NCBI RefSeq assembly: GCF_009914755.1
Contig: NC_060947.1
Strand: one strand, 5' to 3'
DNA: 64,000 nt
From: the human T2T-CHM13v2.0 reference genome, Homo sapiens
The notes under the pieces: generated by a model
What the model was told of the DNA's origin: nothing
Databases searched by the model: none
The model's input: the letters and a program-made list of their open reading frames with translations, nothing else
Part shown: positions 52,801 to 64,000 of the stretch, piece after piece
How the letters are laid out: each line of letters starts with the position of its first letter
Position numbering within the stretch: the first letter of the stretch is position 1
Position numbers and translations under genes: made by a program

Positions 52801-55800
52801 AGGCTACAAAGTGGTCAAAATATACACTTGCAGATTCTACTACAAGGGTGTTGCAAACCTGAACTATCAAAGGAAGGTTCAACTCTGTGAGTTGAATACA
52901 AACATCACAAAGAATGTTCTGAGTTTGCTTCCGTTCAGTTATGTGAAGTTGATCCCGTTTCCAACGAAATCCTCAGAGAGGTCCAAATATCCCCTTGCAG
53001 ATTCTACAAAACGTGTGTTTGGAAACTGCTCCATCATAACGAATGTTCAGCTCTCTGAGTTAAACTCCATCGTCACAAAGAATTTTCTGAGAGTGCTACC
53101 GTCTGGTTTTTATATGAAGTTCTTTCCTTTATTACCACAGGCCTCAAAGCGGTCCAAATCTCCACTTGCAGATTCTACAAAAAGAGTGTTTGCAAACTGC
53201 TCTATCAAAAGGAATGTTCAACTCTGGGAGTTGAATGCAATCATCACAGAGCAGTTTCTGAGAATGCTTCTATGTCGTTTTTAGGAGAAGATATTTCCTT
53301 TTCCAACACAGTCCTCCAAGCCCGCTAAATATCCACTTGCACATTGTAGAAAAAGTGTGTCGAAGCTGCGCTATCAAAGGGAAAGTTCAACTCTGTGAGG
53401 TGAATGCAAACATCCCAAAGAAGTTTCTGAGAATGCTTCCGTTTAGCTTTTAGGTGAAGATTATCCCGTTTCCAACGAAATCTTCAAAGAGGTCCAAATA
53501 TCCCCTTGCGGATCCCACAGAAAGAGTGTTTCGAAACTGCTGTTTCAAAAGGAATCTTCAACTCTGTGGGTTGAATGCAATCATCACAAAGAAGTTTCTG
53601 ACAATGCTTCTCTCTCGTCTTTCTGTGAAGATAAAGGAAAAGGCTTTCAGGCCTTTTCCACCACAGGCCTGAAAGCGCTCCAAATGTCCACTTGCAGATT
53701 CTGCCAAAAGAATATTTCAAAACTGCTCTATGAAAAGCAATGTTAAACTCTGCGGCTCGAACACAAACATCACAAAGCAGTTTCTGAGAATGCTTCAGTT
53801 TAGTTTTTCTGTGGAAATATTCCCATTTCCAAAGAAATCTTCAAAGAGGTCCACGTATCCACTTACAGATTCTACAAAAAGACAGTTTCAAAACTGCTCA
53901 ATCAAAAGGAGGGTTCAACCGTGTGACTTGAATGCAATCATCACTCAGAAGTTTCTGAGAATGCTTCTCTTTAGTTTTTACGTGAACATATACCCGTTTC
54001 GAACGAAGGCCACCCAGTGGTCCAAATATCCACTTGCAGATTCTACAGAAAGAGTGTTTCGAACCTGAACTCTCAAAGGCAGGTTCATCTCTGCGAGTTC
54101 AATGCATTCATCATGAAGAACTTTCTCAGAGTGTTTGTGTTTAGGTATGGGAAATTATTCCCGTTTCCAACGAAATCTTCAGAGAGGTCCAAATATCCAC
54201 CTGCAGATTCTACCAAAAGTGTATTTGGAAACTGCTCCATCAAAAGGCATGTTCAGCTCTGTGAGTGAAACTCCATCATCACAAAGAATATTCTGAGAAT
54301 GCTTCCGTTTGCCTTTTATATGAAGTTCCTTCCTATACTACCGTAGGCCTCAAAGCAGTCCAAATCTCCATTTGCAGATTCTACAAAAAGAGTGATTCCA
54401 ATCTGCTCTATCAATAGGATTGTTCAACTCCATGAGTTGAATGCCATCCTCACAAAGTAGTCTCTGAGAATGCTTCTATCTAGTTTTTATGTGAAGATAT
54501 TTCCTTTTCCACCACAGGCCTCAAAGCCCTCCAAACGTCCACTTGCAGATTCTCGAAAAAGAGTGTTTCATAGCTGCTCTTTCAAAAGGAAAGTTCAACT
54601 CTGGGAGTTGAATACAAACATCACAAAGTAGTTTCCGAGAATGCTTCTGTTTATTTCTTATGTGAAGATGATCCCGTTTCCAGTGAAATCTTCAAAGAGG
54701 TCCACATATCCCCTTGCAGATTCCAAAGAAAGAGGGTTTCAAAACTGCTCCATCAAAAGGATTGTTCAACTCTGTGAGTTGAATGCAGTCATCGCAGAAA
54801 ACTTTCTGAGAATGCTTCTGTCTAGGTTTGAGGTGAAGATATAGACGTTTCAAACGAAGGCTACAAAGTGGTCAAAATATACACTTGCAGATTCTACTAC
54901 AAGGGTGTTGCAAACCTCAACTATCAAAGGAAGGTTCAACTCTGTGAGTTGAATACAAACATCACAAAGAATGTTCTGAGTTTGCTTCCGTTCAGTTATG
55001 GGAAGTTGATCCCGTTTCCAACGAAATCCTCAGAGAGGTCCAAATATCCCCTTGCAGATTCTACAAAACGTGTGTTTGGAAACTGCTCCATCATAACGAA
55101 TGTTCAGCTCTCTGAGTTAAACTCCATCGTCACAAAGAATTTTCTGAGAGTGCTACCGTCTAGTTTTTATATGAAGTTCTTTCCTTTACTACCACAGGCC
55201 TCAAAGCGGTCCAAATCTCCACTTGCAGATTCTACAAAAAGAGTGTTTGCAAACTGCTCTATCAAAAGGAATGTTCAACTCTGGGAGTTGAATGCAATCA
55301 TCACAGAGCAGTTTCTGAGAATGCTTCTATGTCGTTTTTAGGAGAAGATATTTCCTATTCCAACACAGTCCTCCAAGCCCGCTAAATATCCACTTGCACA
55401 TTGTAGAAAAAATGTGTCGAAGCTGCGCTATCAAAGGGAAAGTTCAACTCTGTGAGGTGAATGCAAACATCCCAAAGAAGTTTCTGAGAATGCTTCCGTT
55501 TAGCTTTTAGGTGAAGATTATCCCGTTTCCAACGAAATCTTCAAAGAGGTCCAAATATCCCCTTGCGGATCCCACAGAAAGAGTGTTTCGAAACTGCTGT
55601 TTCAAAAGGAATCTTCAACTCTGTGAGTTGAATGCAATCATCACAAAGAAGTTTCTGACAATGCTTCTCTCTCGTCTTTCTGTGAAGATAAAGGAAAAGG
55701 CTTTCAGGCCTTTTCCACCACAGGCCTGAAAGCGCTCCAAATGTCCACTTGCAGATTCTGCCAAAAGAATATTTCAAAACTGCTCTATGAAAAGCAATGT

Positions 55801-58800
55801 TAAAATCTGTGGCTCGAACACAAACATCACAAAGCAGTTTCTGAGAGTGCTTCAGTTTAGTTTTTCTGTGGAAATATTCCCGTTTCCAAAGAAATCTTCA
55901 AAGAGGTCCACGTATCCACTTACAGATTCTACAAAAAGACAGTTTCAAAACTGCTCAATCAAAAGGAGGGTTCAACCGTGTGACTTGAATGCAATCATCA
56001 CTCAGAAGTTTCTGAGAATGCTTCTCTTTAGTTTTTACGTGAACATATACCCGTTTCGAACGAAGGCCACACAGTGGTCCAAATATCCACTTGCAGATTC
56101 TACAGAAAGAGTGTTTCGAACCTGAACTCTCAAAGGCAGGTTCATCTCTGCGAGTTAAATGCATTCATCATGAAGAACTTTCTCAGAGTGTTTGTGTTTA
56201 GTTATGGGAAATTATTCCCGTTACCAAAGAAATCCGCAGAGAGGTCCAAATATCCACCTGCAGATTCTACCAAAAGTGTATTTGGAAACTGCTCCATCAA
56301 AAGGAATGTTCAGCTCTGTGAGTGAAACTCCATCGTCACAAAGAATATTCTGAGAATGCTTCCGTTTGCCTTTTATATGAAGTACCTTCCTATACTACCG
56401 TAGGCCTCAAAGCAGTCCAAATCTCCATTTGCAGATTCTACAAAAAGAGTGATTCCAATCTGCTCTATCAATAGGATTGTTCAACTCCATGTGTTGAATG
56501 CCATCCTCACAAAGTCGTTTCTGAGAATGCTTCTATCTAGTTTTTATGTGAAGATATTTCCTTTTCCACCACAGGCCTCAAAGCCCTCCAAACGTCCACT
56601 TGCAGATTCTCGAAAAAGAGTGTTTCATAGCTGCTCTTTCAAAAGGAAAGTTCAACTCTGCGAGTTGAATACAAACATCACAAAGTAGTTTCCGAGAATG
56701 CTTCTGTTTAGTTCTTATGTGAAGATGATCCCGTTTCCAGTGAAATCTTCAAAGAGGTCCACATATCCCCTTGCAGATTCCAAAGAAAGAGGGATTCAAA
56801 ACTGCTCCATCAAAAGGATTGTTCAACTCTGTGAGTTGAATGCTGTCATCGCAGAAAACTTTCTGAGAATGCTTCTGTCTAGGTTTGAGGTGAAGATATA
56901 GACGTTTCAAACGAAGGCTACAAAGTGGTCAAAATATACACTTGCAGATTCTACTACAAGGGTGTTGCAAACCTGAACTATCAAAGGAAGGTTCAACTCT
57001 GTGAGTTGAATACAAACATCACAAAGAATGTTCTGAGTTTGCTTCCGTTCAGTTATGGGAAGTTGATCCCGTTTCCAACGAAATCCTCAGAGAGTTCCAA
57101 ATATCCCCTTGCAGATTCTACAAAACGTGTGTTTGGAAACTGCTCCATCATAACGAATGTTCAGCTCTCTGAGTTAAACTCCATCGTCACAAAGAATTTT
57201 CTGAGAGTGCTACCGTCTGGTTTTTATATGAAGTTCTTTCCTTTACTACCACAGGCCTCAAAGCGATCCAAGTCTCCACTTGCAGATTCTACAAAAACAG
57301 TGTTTGCAAACTGCTCTATCAAAAGGAATGTTCAACTCTGGGAGTTGAATGCAATCATCACAGAGCAGTTTCTGAGAATGCTTCTATGTCGTTTTTAGGA
57401 GAAGATATTTCCTTTTCCAACACAGTCCTCCAAGCCCGCTAAATATCCACTTGCACATTGTAGAAAAAGTGTGTCGAAGCTGCGCTATCAAAGGGAAAGT
57501 TCAACTCTGTGAGGTGAATGCAAACATCCCAAAGAAGTTTCTGAGAATGCTTCCGTTTAGCTTTTAGGTGAAGATTATCCTGTTTCCAACGAAATCTTCA
57601 AAGAGGTCCAAATATCCCCTTGCAGATCCCACAGAAAGAGTGTTTCGAAACTGCTGTTTCAAAAGGAATCTTCAACTCTGTGAGTTGAATGCAATCTTCA
57701 CAAAGAAGTTTCTGACAATGCTTCTCTCTCGTCTTTCTGTGAAGATAAAGGAAAAGGCTTTCAGGCCTTTTCCACCACAGGCCTGAAAGCGCTCCAAATG
57801 TCCACTTGCAGATTCTGCCAAAAGAATATTTCAAAACTGCTCTATGAAAAGCAATGTTAAACTCTGCGGCTCGAACACAAACATCACAAAGCAGTTTCTG
57901 AGAATGCTTCAGTTTAGTTTTTCTGTGGAAATATTCCCGTTTCCAAAGAAATCTTCAAAGAGGTCCACGTGTCCTCTTACAGATTCTACAAAAAGACAGT
58001 TTCAAAACTGCTCAATCAAAAGGAGGGTTCAACCGTGTGACTTGAATGCAATCATCACTCAGAAGTTTCTGAGAATGCTTCTCTTTAGTTTTTACGTGAA
58101 CATATACCCGTTTCGAACGAAGGCCAGCCAGTGGTCCAAATATCCACTTGCAGATTCTACAGAAAGAGTGTTTCGAACCTGAACTCTCAAAGGCAGGTTC
58201 ATCTCTGCGAGTTCAATGCATTCATCATGAAGAACTTTCTCAGAGTGTTTTTGTTTAGGTATGGGAAATTATTCCCGTTTCCAACGAAATCCTCAGAGAG
58301 GTCCAAATATCCACCTGCAGATTCTACCAAAAGTGTATTTGGAAACTGCTCCATCAAAAGGCATGTTCAGCTCTGTGAGTGAAACTCCATCATCACAAAG
58401 AATATTCTGAGAATGCTTCCGTTTGCCTTTTATATGAAGTTCCTTCCTATACTACCGTAGGCCTCAAAGCAGTCCAAATCTCCATTTGCAGATCCTACAA
58501 AAAGAGTGATTCCAATCTGCTCTATCAATAGGATTGTTCAACTCCATGAGTTGAATGCCATCCTCACAAAGTAGTCTCTGAGAATGCTTCTATCTAGTTT
58601 TTATGTGAAGATATTTCCTTTTCCACCACAGGCCTCAAAGCCCTCCAAACCTCCACTTGCAGATTCTCGAAAAAGAGTGTTTCATAGCTGCTCTTTCAAA
58701 AGGAAAGTTCAACTCTGGGAGTTGAATACAAACATCACAAAGTAGTTTCTGAGAATGCTTCTGTTTAGTTCTTATGTGAAGATGATCCCGTTTCCAGTGA

Positions 58801-61800
58801 AATCTTCAAAGAGGTCCACATATCCCCTTGCAGATTCCAAAGAAAGAGGGTTTCAAAACTGCTCCATCAAAAGGATTGTTCAACTCTGTGAGTTGAATGC
58901 AGTCATCGCAGAAAACTTTCTGAGAATGCTTCTGTCTAGGTTTGAGGTGAAGATATAGACGTTTCAAACGAAGGCTACAAAGTGGTCAAAATATACACTT
59001 GCAGATTCTACTACAAGGGTGTTGCAAACCTGAACTATCAAAGGAAGGTTCAACTCTGTGAGTTGAATACAAACATCACAAAGAATGTTCTGAGTTTGCT
59101 TCCGTTCAGTTATGGGAAGTTGATCCCGTTTCCAACGAAATCCTCAGAGAGGTCCAAATATCCCCTTGCAGATTCTACAAAACGTGTGTTTGGAAACTGC
59201 TCCATCATAACGAATGTTCAGCTCTCTGAGTTAAACTCCATCGTCACAAAGAATTTTCTGAGAGTGCTACCGTCTGGTTTTTATATGAAGTTCTTTCCTT
59301 TATTACCAAAGGCCTCAAAGCGGTCCAAATCTCCACTTGCAGATTCTACAAAAAGAGTGTTTGCAAACTGCTCTATCAAAAGGAATGTTCAACTCTGGGA
59401 GTTGAATGCAATCATCACAGAGCAGTTTCTGAGAATGCTTCTATGTCGTTTTTAGGAGAAGATATTTCCTTTTCCAACACAGTCCTCCAAGCCCGCTAAA
59501 TATCCACTTGCACATTGTAGAAAAAGTGTGTCGAAGCTGCGCTATCAAAGGGAAAGTTCAACTCTGTGAGGTGAATGCAAACATCCCAAAGAAGTTTCTG
59601 AGAATGCTTCCGTTTAGCTTTTAGGTGAAGATTATCCCGTTTCCAACGAAATCTTCAAAGAGGTCCAAATATCCCCTTGCGGATCCCACAGAAAGAGTGT
59701 TTCGAAACTGCTGTTTCAAAAGGAATCTTCAACTCTGTGGGTTGAATGCAATCATCACAAAGAAGTTTCTGACAATGCTTCTCTCTCGTCTTTCTGTGAA
59801 GATAAAGGAAAAGGCTTTCAGGCCTTTTCCACCACAGGCCTGAAAGTGCTCCAAATGTCCACTTGCAGATTCTGCCAAAAGAATATTTCAAAACTGCTCT
59901 ATGAAAAGCAATGTTAAACTCTGCGGCTCGAACACAAACATCACAAAGCAGTTTCTGAGAATGCTTCAGTTTAGTTTTTCTGTGGAAATATTCCCATTTC
60001 CAAAGAAATCTTCAAAGAGGTCCACGTATCCACTTACAGATTCTACAAAAAGACAGTTTCAAAACTGCTCAATCAAAAGGAGGGTTCAACCGTGTGACTT
60101 GAATGCAATCATCACTCAGAAGTTTCTGAGAATGCTTCTCTTTAGTTTTTACGTGAACATATACCCGTTTCGAACGAAGGCCACCCAGTGGTCCAAATAT
60201 CCACTTGCAGATTCTACAGAAAGAGTGTTTCGAACCTGAACTCTCAAAGGCAGGTTCATCTCTGCGAGTTCAATGCATTCATCATGAAGAACTTTCTCAG
60301 AGTGTTTGTGTTTAGGTATGGGAAATTATTCCCGTTTCCAACGAAATCTTCAGAGAGGTCCAAATATCCACCTGCAGATTCTACCAAAAGTGTATTTGGA
60401 AACTGCTCCATCAAAAGGCATGTTCAGCTCTGTGAGTGAAACTCCATCATCACAAAGAATATTCTGAGAATGCTTCCGTTTGCCTTTTATATGAAGTTCC
60501 TTCCTATACTACCGTAGGCCTCAAAGCAGTCCAAATCTCCATTTGCAGATTCTACAAAAAGAGTGATTCCAATCTGCTCTATCAATAGGATTGTTCAACT
60601 CCATGAGTTGAATGCCATCCTCACAAAGTAGTCTCTGAGAATGCTTCTATCTAGTTTTTATGTGAAGATATTTCCTTTTCCACCACAGGCCTCAAAGCCC
60701 TCCAAACGTCCACTTGCAGATTCTCGAAAAAGAGTGTTTCATAGCTGCTCTTTCAAAAGGAAAGTTCAACTCTGGGAGTTGAATACAAACATCACAAAGT
60801 AGTTTCCGAGAATGCTTCTGTTTAGTTCTTATGTGAAGATGATCCCGTTTCCAGTGAAATCTTCAAAGAGGTCCACATATCCCCTTGCAGATTCCAAAGA
60901 AAGAGGGTTTCAAAACTGCTCCATCAAAAGGATTGTTCAACTCTGTGAGTTGAATGCAGTCATCGCAGAAAACTTTCTGAGAATGCTTCTGTCTAGGTTT
61001 GAGGTGAAGATATAGACGTTTAAAACAAAGGCTACAAAGTGGTCAAAATATACACTTGCAGATTCTACTACAAGGGTGTTGCAAACCTGAACTATCAAAG
61101 GAAGGTTCAACTCTGTGAGTTGAATACAAACATCACAAAGAATGTTCTGAGTTTGCTTCCGTTCAGTTATGGGAAGTTGATCCCGTTTCCAACGAAATCC
61201 TCAGAGAGGTCCAAATATCCCCTTGCAGATTCTACAAAACGTTTGTTTGGAAACTGCTCCATCATAACGAATGTTCAGCTCTCTGAGTTAAACTCCATCG
61301 TCACAAAGAATTTTCTGAGAGTGCTACCGTCTAGTTTTTATATGAAGTTCTTTCCTTTACTACCACAGGCCTCAAAGCGGTCCAAATCTCCACTTGCAGA
61401 TTCTACAAAAAGAGTGTTTGCAAACTGCTCTATCAAAAGGAATGTTCAACTCTGGGAGTTGAATGCAATCATCACAGAGCAGTTTCTGAGAATGCTTCTA
61501 TGTCGTTTTTAGGAGAAGATATTTCCTATTCCAACACAGTCCTCCAAGCCCGCTAAATATCCACTTGCACATTGTAGAAAAAGTGTGTCGAAGCTGCGCT
61601 ATCAAAGGGAAAGTTCAACTCTGTGAGGTGAATGCAAACATCCCAAAGAAGTTTCTGAGAATGCTTCCGTTTAGCTTTTAGGTGAAGATTATCCCGTTTC
61701 CAACGAAATCTTCAAAGAGGTCCAAATATCCCCTTGCGGATCCCACAGAAAGAGTGTTTCGAAACTGCTGTTTCAAAAGGAATCTTCAACTCTGTGAGTT

Positions 61801-64000
61801 GAATGCAATCATCACAAAGAAGTTTCTGACAATGCTTCTCTCTCGTCTTTCTGTGAAGATAAAGGAAAAGGCTTTCAGGCCTTTTCCACCACAGGCCTGA
61901 AAGCGCTCCAAATGTCCACTTGCAGATTCTGCCAAAAGAATATTTCAAAACTGCTCTATGAAAAGCAATGTTAAAATCTGTGGCTCGAACACAAACATCA
62001 CAAAGCAGTTTCTGAGAGTGCTTCAGTTTAGTTTTTCTGTGGAAATATTCCCGTTTCCAAAGAAATCTTCAAAGAGGTCCACGTATCCACTTACAGATTC
62101 TACAAAAAGACAGTTTCAAAACTGCTCAATCAAAAGGAGGGTTCAACCGTGTGACTTGAATGCAATCATCACTCAGAAGTTTCTGAGAATGCTTCTCTTT
62201 AGTTTTTACGTGAACATATACCCGTTTCGAACGAAGGCCAGCCAGTGGTCCAAATATCCACTTGCAGATTCTACAGAAAGAGTGTTTCGAACCTGAACTC
62301 TCAAAGGCAGGTTCATCTCTGCGAGTTCAATGCATTCATCATGAAGAACTTTCTCAGAGTGTTTGTGTTTAGGTATGGGAAATTATTCCCGTTTCCAACG
62401 AAATCCTCAGAGAGGTCCAAATATCCACCTGCAGATTCTACCAAAAGTGTATTTGGAAACTGCTCCATCAAAAGGCATGTTCAGCTCTGTGAGTGAAACT
62501 CCATCATCACAAAGAATATTCTGAGAATGCTTCCGTTTGCCTTTTATATGAAGTTCCTTCCTATACTACCGTAGGCCTCAAAGCAGTCCAAATCTCCATT
62601 TGCAGATCCTACAAAAAGAGTGATTCCAATCTGCTCTATCAATAGGATTGTTCAACTCCATGAGTTGAATGCCATCCTCACAAAGTAGTCTCTGAGAATG
62701 CTTCTATCTAGTTTTTATGTGAAGATATTTCCTTTTCCACCACAGGCCTCAAAGCCCTCCAAACGTCCACTTGCAGATTCTCGAAAAAGAGTGTTTCATA
62801 GCTGCTCTTTCAAAAGGAAAGTTCAACTCTGGGAGTTGAATACAAACATCACAAAGTAGTTTCTGAGAATGCTTCTGTTTAGTTCTTATGTGAAGATGAT
62901 CCCGTTTCCAGTGAAATCTTCAAAGAGGTCCACATATCCCCTTGCAGATTCCAAAGAAAGAGGGTTTCAAAACTGCTCCATCAAAAGGATTGTTCAACTC
63001 TGTGAGTTGAATGCAGTCATCGCAGAAAACTTTCTGAGAATGCTTCTGTCTAGGTTTGAGGTGAAGATATAGACGTTTCAAACGAAGGCTACAAAGTGGT
63101 CAAAATATACACTTGCAGATTCTACTACAAGGGTGTTGCAAACCTGAACTATCAAAGGAAGGTTCAACTCTGTGAGTTGAATACAAACATCACAAAGAAT
63201 GTTCTGAGTTTGCTTCCGTTCAGTTATGTGAAGTTGATCCCGTTTCCAACGAAATCCTCAGAGAGGTCCAAATATCCCCTTGCAGATTCTACAAAACGTG
63301 TGTTTGGAAACTGCTCCATCATAACGAATGTTCAGCTCTCTGAGTTAAACTCCATCGTCACAAAGAATTTTCTGAGAGTGCTACCGTCTGGTTTTTATAT
63401 GAAGTTCTTTCCTTTATTACCACAGGCCTCAAAGCGGTCCAAATCTCCACTTGCAGATTCTACAAAAAGAGTGTTTGCAAACTGCTCTATCAAAAGGAAT
63501 GTTCAACTCTGGGAGTTGAATGCAATCATCACAGAGCAGTTTCTGAGAATGCTTCTATGTCGTTTTTAGGAGAAGATATTTCCTTTTCCAACACAGTCCT
63601 CCAAGCCCGCTAAATATCCACTTGCACATTGTAGAAAAAGTGTGTCGAAGCTGCGCTATCAAAGGGAAAGTTCAACTCTGTGAGGTGAATGCAAACATCC
63701 CAAAGAAGTTTCTGAGAATGCTTCCGTTTAGCTTTTAGGTGAAGATTATCCCGTTTCCAACGAAATCTTCAAAGAGGTCCAAATATCCCCTTGCGGATCC
63801 CACAGAAAGAGTGTTTCGAAACTGCTGTTTCAAAAGGAATCTTCAACTCTGTGGGTTGAATGCAATCATCACAAAGAAGTTTCTGACAATGCTTCTCTCT
63901 CGTCTTTCTGTGAAGATAAAGGAAAAGGCTTTCAGGCCTTTTCCACCACAGGCCTGAAAGCGCTCCAAATGTCCACTTGCAGATTCTGCCAAAAGAATAT

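Larger units (their letters stand above)
1..64000 (-). repeat. DXZ1: Centromeric alpha-satellite HOR array, ~31 copies of a 2057-bp 12-mer; most likely human chromosome X DXZ1
   Basis: ~171-bp alphoid monomers throughout (recurring CCACTTGCAGATTCTACAAAAAGAGTGTTT, TTCAACTCTGTGAGTTGAATGC, GTTTCTGAGAATGCTTCT). BamHI GGATCC at 35 and 2092 gives a period of 2057. The same 157-aa pseudo-ORF recurs 31 times from 1393 to 63096 at 2055-2057 spacing. A 2057-bp, 12-monomer, BamHI-defined HOR is the established DXZ1 structure. Strand follows CENP-B box orientation. Confidence 0.97.

Noticed and set aside
56200-56340. Possible out-of-register conversion from the paralogous monomer 851 bp away (AGTTATGGG, GAATGTT, CATCGTC)
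   Set aside because: The intervening diagnostic bases (CTGTGAGTGAAAC) remain native, so there is no contiguous tract.
9-63957. All other 65-131 aa ORFs on both strands
   Set aside because: They are translations of satellite monomers that recur every 2057 bp and are freely opened or broken by SNVs and 1-bp deletions.
1-64000. CRISPR-like, retron-like or other repeat-spacer system
   Set aside because: There are no unique spacers and no associated genes. Sequences between the conserved motifs are homologous monomer parts that recur each HOR.
1-64000. L1/Alu insertion, inversion or truncated HOR variants
   Set aside because: The period stays at 2055-2057 bp in a single orientation throughout, leaving no room for inserted or deleted monomers.

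Overview
The whole 64 kb window is a tandem alpha-satellite higher-order repeat (HOR) array. It contains about 31 head-to-tail copies of a 2057-bp unit made of twelve ~171-bp monomers, with one BamHI site per unit. The unit length, 12-mer pentamer-derived layout and BamHI spacing match human X-centromere DXZ1 (suprachromosomal family 3), read here with CENP-B boxes on the minus strand. I see no genes, transposon insertions, inversions or monomer-number variants. All listed ORFs are artefacts that recur with the repeat period, and I found no undescribed gene-based system. The informative structure is at finer scales: (i) a 15-bp net insertion in one monomer per HOR that creates two overlapping, mutually exclusive hairpins; (ii) more disrupted CENP-B boxes in the left 20 kb than in the rest; (iii) shared rare SNVs that reveal tandem and long-range duplications, chimeric HORs and local haplotype domains. 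All variant calls and counts were made by eye.
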